Shown here piece by piece: positions 47,815-57,107 of a stretch of 64,000 nt of DNA; within the stretch, counting starts at the first letter, position 1; every line of letters starts with the position of its first letter. Both the position numbers and the translations under genes were made by a program. The notes below the pieces were generated by a model. That model did no database searches and was not told the DNA's origin. It was given only the letters and a program-made list of their open reading frames with translations. The stretch comes from Candidatus Bathyarchaeia archaeon (GTDB taxonomy: Archaea > Thermoproteota > Bathyarchaeia > 40CM-2-53-6): assembly GCA_049517415.1 (NCBI GenBank), contig JBEKSC010000013.1:1-64000 (forward strand), given 5' to 3'.

Positions 47815-49629
47815 TTGGCTCGTTCCTTCTCCAAACGCATCCGCGGCACAACACCTTACTATAATTTTATCAGGCGTGTGGCCTTTCCATCAACCCGAAC
47901 CATCGTAATCGCCTCGATAGTTTTCACGACCATCGGAATCGGCATATCCTTCTCAATAGTCGAGCGTGCGGTGACAGCCTTTCTATTTGGCGCGGCGTGG
48001 GGACTTCTTGCTTTCACTCTGCCATCTTTTGCTTCTGATATCGTCCTGTATTTCACGATAATGAAAGTGGACCCATTGTTCTATCTAAGGAGGTGCCTCG
48101 CACTCTCGATGTTCACCACAACTACCTGGGTGCTAATTTTTTTGTTCTCTGCTTTCGTAGCAGCCTTGGATGGAAGGTTCATCTTCCCCGATTTCGCAAT
48201 CATACTGGGGCTGTTCGCCGTTATCCCGCCGCGTGCCGTCGCGATATTTTCAATGTCCAGGTGTAGCTTCGCCAAGAGAACCCTCTTCACGCTTTTGGAA
48301 CCGAGTCTAACGGTCCTCTCAGTGGTCGCAGTGTTCGGTCTGCCGTTTGCTCGGATGACGACTGGTCTGGTACTGTCTTCGATTGTGGGGCTAACATTCG
48401 CTTTCGCACTGGTCGCCGTCGTTGAGGTTTATGGACGGCGGGCCATAGGGTTCTCGCCCATCCGCATGTTTAGGGCTTTTCTGACAGACTGGCTCGAGAG
48501 TGAAAACCGTGAACTTGAGTCTTACCTGAATGAGCTGGGCGTTGAGGCAGAAATTGATGCGACCGCTTTTGCGTTTCGCAAGAAAGGCTCCGATAATGTC
48601 AAGGGTGTTATGTTTGTCTCTAACTTTCACCCTGGGCCTTTCCTGAACGTCGGTAGTAGCGTTCTACCATACCTCATGGACTCCGTGATTAGCAGAAGGT
48701 TCAATGCGGTGACCCTCGTCCCACACGGGGTTTCAGGACACGAATTAAACTTGGTTTCCCAAGAACAGAACGCCAAACTAATTCGGTGGGTACTTGAAGG
48801 TCTGGAGCATGCGCATTACGATGGCAGCGCCAGCAGAGTAACGAGAATTAGTAACGAAATTGCCACAGCAACTTCCCAATCATTCGACGGATGCGCCCTC
48901 GTAACGATGACCACTTCCCCTTACGATATGGACGATGTTCCGTCCGAGGTCTCCCACAGGTTGTCAGGCCTCACTCATGGAAAGTTCCGGCATCTAGCGT
49001 TAATTGACGCCCATAACTCCCTAACCGGTCCCGCGATCATGACTTCGCAAAAGATTGGGGCCCTAGAAGAAGCGGCGTTATCAAGCCTACAAGTTACCGC
49101 GGAAGAGCCGGCGAGCCCATTCAGGGTAGGTGTGGCTCGCAAGATGCCCGCGGGGTTTACGTTAAAGGATGGATTTGGCCCTAGCGGGATTAGTGTAATG
49201 GGAATCGAAGTCTCCGGACAACGGTTCGCCTACGTAAACGTAGATGGAAACAACATGATCACAGGCCTTAGGGAGGAGATCATAAGCGCCATCAAAGCCG
49301 TTGGATTTGATGATGGAGAAGTCATGACCTCTGATACACATATGGTGAATGGAATCGTTTCTGCCCGCCTGGGATACCACACAGTAGGCGAAATGGTTCC
49401 AAGGGCTGATCTGCTCGTCCAGGTCACCGAAACTTGCCGCGAAGCGTTAGCCAACTTAGAAACCTGTGAGGTTGGGGCAGTTTCCGGCCAAATCCTTGTA
49501 ACCACGCTTGGATCAAAGTCGCTCCGTCGCGTCATGGGCCTTGTTTACAGGATATCAAAATTAACCGCGCTCACTCTCTTCCCGATTGTTGTCGCAATAA
49601 CCATCCTGTCATTACTCTTCTTGGTGTAG
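47815..49629 (+). CDS. DUF2070 family membrane protein
   Basis: N-terminal TM bundle; HPGPF, PHG.SGHE, DAHN, DGNN, TSDTH. Confidence 0.85.
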   Translation: MARSFSKRIRGTTPYYNFIRRVAFPSTRTIVIASIVFTTIGIGISFSIVERAVTAFLFGAAWGLLAFTLPSFASDIVLYFTIMKVDPLFYLRRCLALSMFTTTTWVLIFLFSAFVAALDGRFIFPDFAIILGLFAVIPPRAVAIFSMSRCSFAKRTLFTLLEPSLTVLSVVAVFGLPFARMTTGLVLSSIVGLTFAFALVAVVEVYGRRAIGFSPIRMFRAFLTDWLESENRELESYLNELGVEAEIDATAFAFRKKGSDNVKGVMFVSNFHPGPFLNVGSSVLPYLMDSVISRRFNAVTLVPHGVSGHELNLVSQEQNAKLIRWVLEGLEHAHYDGSASRVTRISNEIATATSQSFDGCALVTMTTSPYDMDDVPSEVSHRLSGLTHGKFRHLALIDAHNSLTGPAIMTSQKIGALEEAALSSLQVTAEEPASPFRVGVARKMPAGFTLKDGFGPSGISVMGIEVSGQRFAYVNVDGNNMITGLREEIISAIKAVGFDDGEVMTSDTHMVNGIVSARLGYHTVGEMVPRADLLVQVTETCREALANLETCEVGAVSGQILVTTLGSKSLRRVMGLVYRISKLTALTLFPIVVAITILSLLFLV

Positions 49630-49632
49630 ACT

Positions 49633-50703
49633 ATGATCCCGACCATTTCCCGCGATTCGCATTACATGCAACTACCGAGGGAGGTTTTGATTGGGAAGGA
49701 CGTCGCGCCTTCAGTTGGTGAAATACTCATCCGTCTTGGTTTTCACGGGCCAGCGTTGATCGTCACAGGCCACAAGGTCGTATCCATTGCCGGTGGAACA
49801 ATTCAAGAATCGCTACAGAACGCCGGCTTCAAGTCTTCAACCATGCTTGTAGATAACGCAACGACCGAAGAGGTCGCACGAGTAGAAAATGAAATTCAAA
49901 GGATCAAGCCGGACATAGTCGTTGGGCTTGGTGGTGGGAAGGATATTGATACCGCAAAAATGAGCAGTATGAAGACTTCGACGAGGTTCGTGAGCGTCCC
50001 AACCGCAGCATCCCATGACGGGATAGCAAGCCCGCTAGTTTCCATGAAAGGGTTGGGCAGGCCATACTCATACGTCGCACATGCGCCTATTGCGATCGTC
50101 GCTGACATTTCGATAATTTCTAAGTCTCCATATCCCCTCATTAGAAGCGGATGTGGCGACGTCGTCGCGAAGTATACTGCGGTTCGAGATTGGAAGCTTG
50201 CCCACAGAATCAAGAATGAGTATTACGGAGATTATGCGGCTGAGCTTGCGCTCATGAGCGCGCGCCTAGTAATGAAGAACGCAAGCAGCATACGAGCTAT
50301 GTCAAACTCAGGAGTCCACACCCTCGTTGAGGGATTGATTAGCTGTGGAGTTGCCATGAGTATTGCTGGGACCAGCCGGCCTTGCAGCGGTGCAGAGCAT
50401 CTTTTCAGCCATGCATTAGCGATGATTGCTCCCAAACCGGCGCTTCACGGCGAGCAATGCGGGGTCGGGACGATAATGTGCGCTTACCTGCATGGCGCAA
50501 ACTGGCAACTGATCAAGGACGTCCTTCACACAATAGGTGGCCCTACAACCGCTAAGGAACTTGGAATCGAACCCGAATATATCATAAAGGCGTTAACCAT
50601 GGCCCATACCATCAGGCCTGAACGCTACACGATCCTAGGGGAAAGCGGCCTTACTAAGGAGGCTGCAGAAAGAGTCGCAAAGCTCACAGGCGTGATTGAG
50701 TGA
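49633..50703 (+). CDS. egsA: sn-glycerol-1-phosphate dehydrogenase
   Basis: GGGKDID, PTAASHDG, SGAEHLFSH, LHGEQCG, IRPERYTILG. Confidence 0.96.
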   Translation: MIPTISRDSHYMQLPREVLIGKDVAPSVGEILIRLGFHGPALIVTGHKVVSIAGGTIQESLQNAGFKSSTMLVDNATTEEVARVENEIQRIKPDIVVGLGGGKDIDTAKMSSMKTSTRFVSVPTAASHDGIASPLVSMKGLGRPYSYVAHAPIAIVADISIISKSPYPLIRSGCGDVVAKYTAVRDWKLAHRIKNEYYGDYAAELALMSARLVMKNASSIRAMSNSGVHTLVEGLISCGVAMSIAGTSRPCSGAEHLFSHALAMIAPKPALHGEQCGVGTIMCAYLHGANWQLIKDVLHTIGGPTTAKELGIEPEYIIKALTMAHTIRPERYTILGESGLTKEAAERVAKLTGVIE

Positions 50704-50727
50704 TCGGCATTTGGTTGGTTTCTGATC

Positions 50728-51699
50728 TTGGCTAAAGCAACTGCGTTTGCGCACGCGATTCAGGGCCTTGTGAAGTATCATGGGCTAAAGGACAGCAAAC
50801 GAAGAATCCCATACCATGACAGCATATCGGTCTGCGTTGAGGAGCTAACAACAAAGGCAACTATCGAATTTGGTAGCGACCACAAGCAGGATGTCATTGA
50901 GATAAACGGTGACCCCGCCAACGAAAGGGAAGCCGCCCGAGTAATGGCCGTGGTCTCACCGCTGAGAGCCCTTGCGAAAACTAAGGAGCACTTCAAACTC
51001 TCAAGCAAGAATAACCTTGCTAAAGGGAAAGGGCTTGGCTTCTCAGCGTCGGCTTTCGCATCCATCGCTCAAGCTTCAAGCTCAGCTTTGAACTTGAAGA
51101 TGCAACCGGAACGCCTCAGCGAAATCGCCCGACTCGGGGCAGGGTCTGCAAGCCGAAGCCTCGTTGGCGGCTTCTCGATCTGGTACGCCAACAAGTACGG
51201 GCGCTCATATGCGGAACAGCTGCCGACGAGTAAGAATCTGAATCTGGCCATGGCGATTGTTCCCATTCCCTCACAAGTCAAAACTGACATGGCCCATCTA
51301 GAGTCAGTTACATCGCCTTTCTTCTCTGCTAGGTTGAAGGAGGTGGGTAATGTCCTGCCGAGAATGCAGAGGGCCATCAAATCCGGAGAGGTCGACGAGA
51401 TCGGTCGGCTCGCAGAAGCGGACTCCCTGAGTCTACACGCCGTAACTATGACAGGGAAGAGCGGGCTCGTCCTCATGGCTCAGGAAACAATTGGCATTAT
51501 ACAGGGAATAGTGGCCCTGAGAGAAAGCCAACACATTCCAGTTTGGTATTCACTTGACACAGGCCCCTCGGTCTTCATCAACACCACCGCCGAATCACTC
51601 GATACCGTTTGTGCGAAAATCCGTGAGTACACTAATTTTCCAGTCCTCAAGAGCAAAGTCGGAGGACCAGCTAGCACAATCGAAGACCATCTCTTCTAG
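50728..51699 (+). CDS. mvaD: Haloarchaeal-type phosphomevalonate decarboxylase, copy 2 (intact)
   Basis: AHAIQGLVKYHG, PYHDSISVC, RLGAGSASRS, SLDTGPS. Confidence 0.88.
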   Translation: MAKATAFAHAIQGLVKYHGLKDSKRRIPYHDSISVCVEELTTKATIEFGSDHKQDVIEINGDPANEREAARVMAVVSPLRALAKTKEHFKLSSKNNLAKGKGLGFSASAFASIAQASSSALNLKMQPERLSEIARLGAGSASRSLVGGFSIWYANKYGRSYAEQLPTSKNLNLAMAIVPIPSQVKTDMAHLESVTSPFFSARLKEVGNVLPRMQRAIKSGEVDEIGRLAEADSLSLHAVTMTGKSGLVLMAQETIGIIQGIVALRESQHIPVWYSLDTGPSVFINTTAESLDTVCAKIREYTNFPVLKSKVGGPASTIEDHLF

Positions 51700-51717
51700 A
51701 AGCGGAACCGCTCCCTA

Positions 51718-53466
51718 GTGAGTGCTCTTGAAATGTCAAACGAGTTAACCGAGAAGATGAGGAAGGCTGCGATACTCAATGCGATTAAGCATAATGGCAA
51801 AGCCGACCCCGGCGCAGTTCTCGGGAACTTGCTCGGCGAAAATCCCGAGCTAAGAGCGAAGGCAAGAGACCTAACATCACAAGTGCGGGGGGTTGTTGAG
51901 GAAATCAATTCTACGCCATTTGAGAAACTTACAGCGATAGCAACTGAACAGTGGCCGGAGGAGCTGGTTAGGGAACGGCCTGTGGAGGAAAGGAAGCTGC
52001 CGCCGCTCCCAAACGCCGACAAGTATCCGCTCATCGTGACGCGTATTGCGCCTAACCCCGACTTCGTCCTTCATATAGGCAACGCGCGGGCCGTTATCCT
52101 TAGCCACGATTACGCCCGGATGTATAAGGGGAAATTCATTGTTAGGTTCGAAGATACTGACCCACGCCTCAAGAAAGCCCAACTGAGATACTACGACATA
52201 ATACGCGAAGATTTGAGGTGGCTACGCTGCAACTGGGACGAAGAGTATATTCAGAGCGACCGAATTCCGCTCTACTATGAGGTAGCTCAAGCTCTAATCG
52301 CGAAAGGGGCCGCGTACGTTTGTGAATGCAAACCAGAACGATTTCGAGAATTCATAAACAGCAATTCCGCCTGCCCCGACCGAGAGTTGAATGTGGACAC
52401 ACAGACGAACCGTTGGAGGAAGATGCTCGATGGCGGGTACAAGGAGGGAGAAGCCGTTGTGCGTGTTAAGACGGACCTATCTCACCCGAACCCGGCGATT
52501 AGGGACTGGCCGGCCTTTCGAATCATCGATACAGAAAAGAACCCGCACCCCCGCGTGGGGTCAAGATTCAATGTGTGGCCACTCTACAACCTGGCCTCTG
52601 GTGTTGACGACCACAAACTGGGCATAACGCACGTGATTCGAGGAAAGGAACACCTCACAAACATGGCCCGCCAAATCTACATGTACAAACACTTGGGCTG
52701 GAAGTATCCGGACGCTGTTCATTACGGGCGGCTCAAGGTTGAAGGAATGGAACTCAGCAAATCCAAACTTATGAAAGGTGTTGAATCAGGCGAATACAAA
52801 GGTGTCGATGACCCAAGGCTCGGAACATTAGCGGCACTAAGAAGGCGGGGTTTCAGCCCAGAAGCGATAAGGCAACTCATATGGGACGTGGGCCCTAAAC
52901 CCGTGGACGTGACGATAAGCTGGGACAACATCAACTCTCTAGACCGAAAAATCATCGACCCAACCTCTCACCGATACTACTTCGTATCAGACCCCATAAG
53001 GACGAGCATCAGTGGCGTTGAGAAAGTCTTCGAGGTGCACGCCGCGCTTCACCCGCAACATCCAGAAATGGGAACCCGCACCCTGAAACTACATCCTCAA
53101 AACGGAGTAGCCTCCCTCTTCCTCGCAGGGAGCGACAGGTCAATTCTCGAGTCAGGCAAAATAGTTCGATTGATGGGGCTGTTCAACATCAAACCCCTCA
53201 ATTATTCGGATGGCGAATTCAAAGCCAAGTTCCTTGGCGAAACCGCAGAAGGCGTTGAGGACGCTCCCATCTTACAATGGGTTCCCGCGGAGCAAACCCT
53301 TCCAGCTAACGTCGTAATGCCTGATGCGTCCACCAAGAGCGGTTTCGTTGAGAACGGATTCGGCTCTGAAGCTGTCGGCTCCGTCATCCAATTCGTCAGG
53401 TTTGGTTTCTGCAGAGTGGACAACGTCGCCCCCGACCTCGTCACCGTGTACTTTGCCCATCAGTAG
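51718..53466 (+). CDS. gltX: Glutamyl-tRNA synthetase
   Basis: APNP..LHIGN, FEDTDP, RGKEH, LSKS, VIQFVRFGF. Confidence 0.97.
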   Translation: MSALEMSNELTEKMRKAAILNAIKHNGKADPGAVLGNLLGENPELRAKARDLTSQVRGVVEEINSTPFEKLTAIATEQWPEELVRERPVEERKLPPLPNADKYPLIVTRIAPNPDFVLHIGNARAVILSHDYARMYKGKFIVRFEDTDPRLKKAQLRYYDIIREDLRWLRCNWDEEYIQSDRIPLYYEVAQALIAKGAAYVCECKPERFREFINSNSACPDRELNVDTQTNRWRKMLDGGYKEGEAVVRVKTDLSHPNPAIRDWPAFRIIDTEKNPHPRVGSRFNVWPLYNLASGVDDHKLGITHVIRGKEHLTNMARQIYMYKHLGWKYPDAVHYGRLKVEGMELSKSKLMKGVESGEYKGVDDPRLGTLAALRRRGFSPEAIRQLIWDVGPKPVDVTISWDNINSLDRKIIDPTSHRYYFVSDPIRTSISGVEKVFEVHAALHPQHPEMGTRTLKLHPQNGVASLFLAGSDRSILESGKIVRLMGLFNIKPLNYSDGEFKAKFLGETAEGVEDAPILQWVPAEQTLPANVVMPDASTKSGFVENGFGSEAVGSVIQFVRFGFCRVDNVAPDLVTVYFAHQ

Positions 53467-53561
53467 TTGTTTAGGCCTCACGAATCTAATTAGCGATGAA
53501 TCGGCATGCCACGGATCCTCACAGGACCATGGTTTCCTGGGAATGATATGTTTCCAATTTC

Positions 53562-54866
53562 TTGATGATTGAAGGTAAAAAACAAACAGAGGACCAACAA
53601 CCCGGAGAACTAACGGGCAAATTTCCAATTTTATTTTTCTCCATTTTATATAATAGTTTCAGTGAATTCCCGGCGAATCCTATGGAAACGGAGACCGTTC
53701 ATATCGCGGAACCGTTCAACTCGGCCCGACGAATCGCCAAGCAACTTGACGCGCAAAACATCAAAATCTTGTCGGGCATGTGGAAGTTTGGTCCTCGGAA
53801 CCTGCTGGAGGTTTCGCGGCAGACCCGTGTCCCATTTACTTCCGTGTATAATCGGATTAGGAAACTTGAAGTTGAATCAGGAAGAGTTGCTTACCTTGTC
53901 CCGCCGCTTTCCCGAATTGGTATGACAAGAGCCGTCGTGCTAGTGGCAGCAACGGGCGGCTGCGAGGAACAGGTTAGTGAAGCCCTAAAGATACCGAACT
54001 TCTGGCGGTCAATTAACTCATGCGAAGGATCCTATACTCATCACTCTGCCCACGCAGTCCCCGTCAAACATTTCCAAGAATTCAGAGCATGCATGGCGCA
54101 GCTACGCAAGACGGGTTTGGCTACGGACGTTAAGATCATTCGCACCGGAGACCAGTATCCTAACTTCCCAGATTTCAGTTGTTACAACGCCGAAACAAAT
54201 GAGTGGACACTTCCGTGGGGAAAATGGCTTGACGCACTCGAAAAGGCTACCCCAAGCGGAGTGCCAGAGGACCCGGTGAGTTATCCGATACTCGTTGACA
54301 AGAAAGACCTAATGCTCATAAAGGAACTTGAGAAGAACGCGCGTACAAGTTTCGCGGACTTGGCACCGATTCTTGGAATATCATTACAAGGTGTCAAGTA
54401 TCGATATGACAAGAGGTTAGTGCCCAGGGGAATTGTGCGACAGTTCGCGTTCGATATATACCCATACCCGGTTGAGGTTTCAGCGTACCATGAGATGATG
54501 CTTGAGTTTGTTGACGACGTGGCTATGAGGCGATTCTATTCTGCGCACGACCGCTTTTTCTTCATATTAGCGAGTTCCAAGGTGCTCGGCCGTAGTACGT
54601 TGCTGGTAAGAACCTGCATACTAGAATCGCAGCTGCGGAACATGCTCAAATTCTTCTCCGAAATGGCGAAGAATAGGATGCTTGAATCCTATTCAGCAAT
54701 TCGAATGAGCCTCATGGGAAGACAGGCGCAGACAGTTTCTTACGAGCTCTTCGATGACGAGGCCGGTTGGATGTTCAATTCAAAAGAATGCATTTCTAGG
54801 TTGCAACAATTCGGAGACAAAGACACACGAACACCGCGAAGAATCAATGCCATACCACTATTGTAA
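53562..54866 (+). CDS. Tandem Lrp/AsnC-like HTH regulator (start probably 53682)
   Basis: Two HTH-like segments (SVYNRIRKL; DKKDL..IKELEKNARTSFADLA..LGIS); TTTATATA at ~53645. Confidence 0.75.
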   Translation: MMIEGKKQTEDQQPGELTGKFPILFFSILYNSFSEFPANPMETETVHIAEPFNSARRIAKQLDAQNIKILSGMWKFGPRNLLEVSRQTRVPFTSVYNRIRKLEVESGRVAYLVPPLSRIGMTRAVVLVAATGGCEEQVSEALKIPNFWRSINSCEGSYTHHSAHAVPVKHFQEFRACMAQLRKTGLATDVKIIRTGDQYPNFPDFSCYNAETNEWTLPWGKWLDALEKATPSGVPEDPVSYPILVDKKDLMLIKELEKNARTSFADLAPILGISLQGVKYRYDKRLVPRGIVRQFAFDIYPYPVEVSAYHEMMLEFVDDVAMRRFYSAHDRFFFILASSKVLGRSTLLVRTCILESQLRNMLKFFSEMAKNRMLESYSAIRMSLMGRQAQTVSYELFDDEAGWMFNSKECISRLQQFGDKDTRTPRRINAIPLL

Positions 54867-54880
54867 ACATGCGCACCGAA

Positions 54881-55354
54881 TCACCTTGAGAGTGGGTCTT
54901 GGTTGAGAGGTACGTCCGCTCTTTCTTTGAAGCTACCACGATTGAGACTAGGACTGCGGTTCTCGGAACTGAGTTGTCTCTTCGTCTCCACATCCAATTT
55001 TCGAACGAGTTTTATGACTTCGCGTGAAATGATTGGCGTCAATGGAAACTTTCCGTAATGTGGGCAGTATGAATCGAGATCTGTTTCTCCCGTATCTCCA
55101 TAGAAAATGGCCGGGTACAGCCGACAGCCTTCAGGCCGATGATCGTAGATGGTGCATCGCTGACCGTTATGAAAGACGCATCTCCCCGACAGATTCTTGA
55201 GCTGGCGGTTCCCGTCCTTCTTGACGATGAAGAAATCCTCAGAGAAACCAAGGCCCCTTATCCGGACGATATCTGAACTGCTCAGTTCCATGTCCGTATT
55301 CAAACAGCATTTGATGCACCCGTACTCGAGACACGTGTTTCTTATCTTCCTCAT
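54881..55354 (-). CDS. YkgJ family cysteine-cluster protein
   Basis: C..CC, CVF, CTIYDHRPEGCRLYP. Confidence 0.9.
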   Translation of the reverse strand: MRKIRNTCLEYGCIKCCLNTDMELSSSDIVRIRGLGFSEDFFIVKKDGNRQLKNLSGRCVFHNGQRCTIYDHRPEGCRLYPAIFYGDTGETDLDSYCPHYGKFPLTPIISREVIKLVRKLDVETKRQLSSENRSPSLNRGSFKERADVPLNQDPLSR

Positions 55355-55384
55355 TACTGGACTCCTGCCAAGAGTTGTAAGGGC

Positions 55385-55714
55385 TTAGTCTTCTGTGCTT
55401 TCTTCGTGTTCACACATGTCGTTCTCTGGGTAGATCCTGCAGTAGAACGGTTTTGTTTCATGGATTGCGCATGAGTAGAGGCCTGTTTTCTCTCTTTTCA
55501 GGAAGGGGCAACTTTTCGTAACGAAAACTCCGTGACGGTTGTGAGGGTCAGTGGAATTAATGGCTATGTGCTTCAGGATGTCTTCTCGTCCTTGTCTCTT
55601 CCAACGCCCTATGTCTTTGTGGGTCGCCTCAAAAGATCCCCAATGAATGACACAGCAGTCCCCCGATCGCCTGCACTTGTGTCCCTGCAACGGTTGTTCA
55701 ACCGGATTCATCAA
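55385..55714 (-). CDS. YkgJ family cysteine-cluster protein
   Basis: CRRSGDCC, CPFL, CAIHETKPFYCRIYP. Confidence 0.9.
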   Translation of the reverse strand: MMNPVEQPLQGHKCRRSGDCCVIHWGSFEATHKDIGRWKRQGREDILKHIAINSTDPHNRHGVFVTKSCPFLKREKTGLYSCAIHETKPFYCRIYPENDMCEHEESTED

Positions 55715-55836
55715 TATGCAGAGGACAAACTAGAATGATTCGGTATCCCCAGGCAGGATTCGGGATGTGAAGTGCGCTTGGCCAGGTCACGCCCACGCGA
55801 AGTAGTCTCTGCCGCAGGATTCTGTGTTTCTGGGAA

Positions 55837-56229
55837 CTAAGGCTGCTTGAAGACATCTTCAGGCTTCTTTGGCAGTTTGATCTCTCCAAATCTTAGTTCG
55901 GTATTTTTGACTGCATCGTCTAAGAGGTCACGTAGTTCTTTCATTGTTCGAAATGGAAGAATCACTTCAACCTTGTATTCTCCATCTGCCTTTGGGGTGG
56001 CTGAAGGGTCTTCCTGCATTATGATATTCGGTCCTCCGAAGATCAAGCGATAGTCGTAGTCACCGGCCAGGCCGAAAATGTTGGTCGCGTGTATGCGTTT
56101 GAAATCTTCAGCATACTTCCATTCTATACGGAGTACGCCTTCCTTTGCGCTCATTGAGAATCGAGATACGCTGGTCATTTCTGGATAAAGAACTTGCTGG
56201 ATAAGAAGCCGGAGAATGTACAATTTCAC
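55837..56229 (-). CDS. Hypothetical protein (DUF3467-like)
   Basis: IHATNIFG...F, C-terminal E.RFGEI; true start probably ~56154-56178. Confidence 0.55.
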   Translation of the reverse strand: MKLYILRLLIQQVLYPEMTSVSRFSMSAKEGVLRIEWKYAEDFKRIHATNIFGLAGDYDYRLIFGGPNIIMQEDPSATPKADGEYKVEVILPFRTMKELRDLLDDAVKNTELRFGEIKLPKKPEDVFKQP

Positions 56230-56399
56230 GGTCTTGTTGGCTTGCCTAACCCATTAGCTGTTCCCGAACCCCGCCTCTTTTTAATCCGAATCATGCAACC
56301 GCAGGCGGATGGTTCCGCAAACCATCTGGTTAATAGTCTGGCGCGGACTACGCGTACCCGGATTGGATGACGGAGCCCGAGCTCCTGGAAGTATGAGGA

Positions 56400-57107
56400 A
56401 TGATTCAGTCGTCTCAAATCATCGACTTGACTCATGACTTGTTTGTTGATATGCCCTCGTATCCCACCCTACCGTCTTTCAAGATGGATTATCTGAAGCT
56501 CGCAGCCCGGGATGGCTCAACTGTAACCATGATCACCAGGATGCACATGCACACTGGAACTCACATAGACTTCCCGTGTCACGTAATTCCTGAAGCAAAC
56601 TCTCTGAAAGATTATGGTTTGCAGGATCTTTCGGGCCAGGGCGTTGTCATAGATCTTAGTTACAAGAAGGAAGGCGAAGAGATAACCGAGAAAGATCTCC
56701 TGAAGCATGATAGTCACATCAGGAAAGGAGAGATGTTATTCATGTTCACCGGGTGGTCACGAAAAAGGGCAGTCACTCCTAGCTATCTCTTCAAGTGGCC
56801 TCATCTCAGCAAACGTGCAGCCCAGTTCTTGGTCAAAAAACGACCCAAGGTAGTAGGGATAGATGGACTTAGCATTGGGGGCTGGGGTGGAAAAATGATA
56901 GTGGGTCCAATCGCAAAGACACCCTCGCGTAAAATTCACACGATGCTACTGGGAGCGGGGATTCTAATCCTGGAGGAAGTTGCGAATCTAGACAAAGTTC
57001 TGATCCATGAAAAAGTGGCAAGGTCGTTCTTTATTTTGGCTCCGCTCCCTGTCAGAGGTGCAGAAGCTTCGCCCTGCAGAGTGATCTCTATCCGTCCTAG
57101 CGCCTAA
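56400..57107 (+). CDS. Cyclase/kynurenine formamidase family metallohydrolase
   Basis: HTGTHIDFPCH, GIDGLS, ILEEVANL, ASPCR. Confidence 0.92.
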   Translation: MIQSSQIIDLTHDLFVDMPSYPTLPSFKMDYLKLAARDGSTVTMITRMHMHTGTHIDFPCHVIPEANSLKDYGLQDLSGQGVVIDLSYKKEGEEITEKDLLKHDSHIRKGEMLFMFTGWSRKRAVTPSYLFKWPHLSKRAAQFLVKKRPKVVGIDGLSIGGWGGKMIVGPIAKTPSRKIHTMLLGAGILILEEVANLDKVLIHEKVARSFFILAPLPVRGAEASPCRVISIRPSA

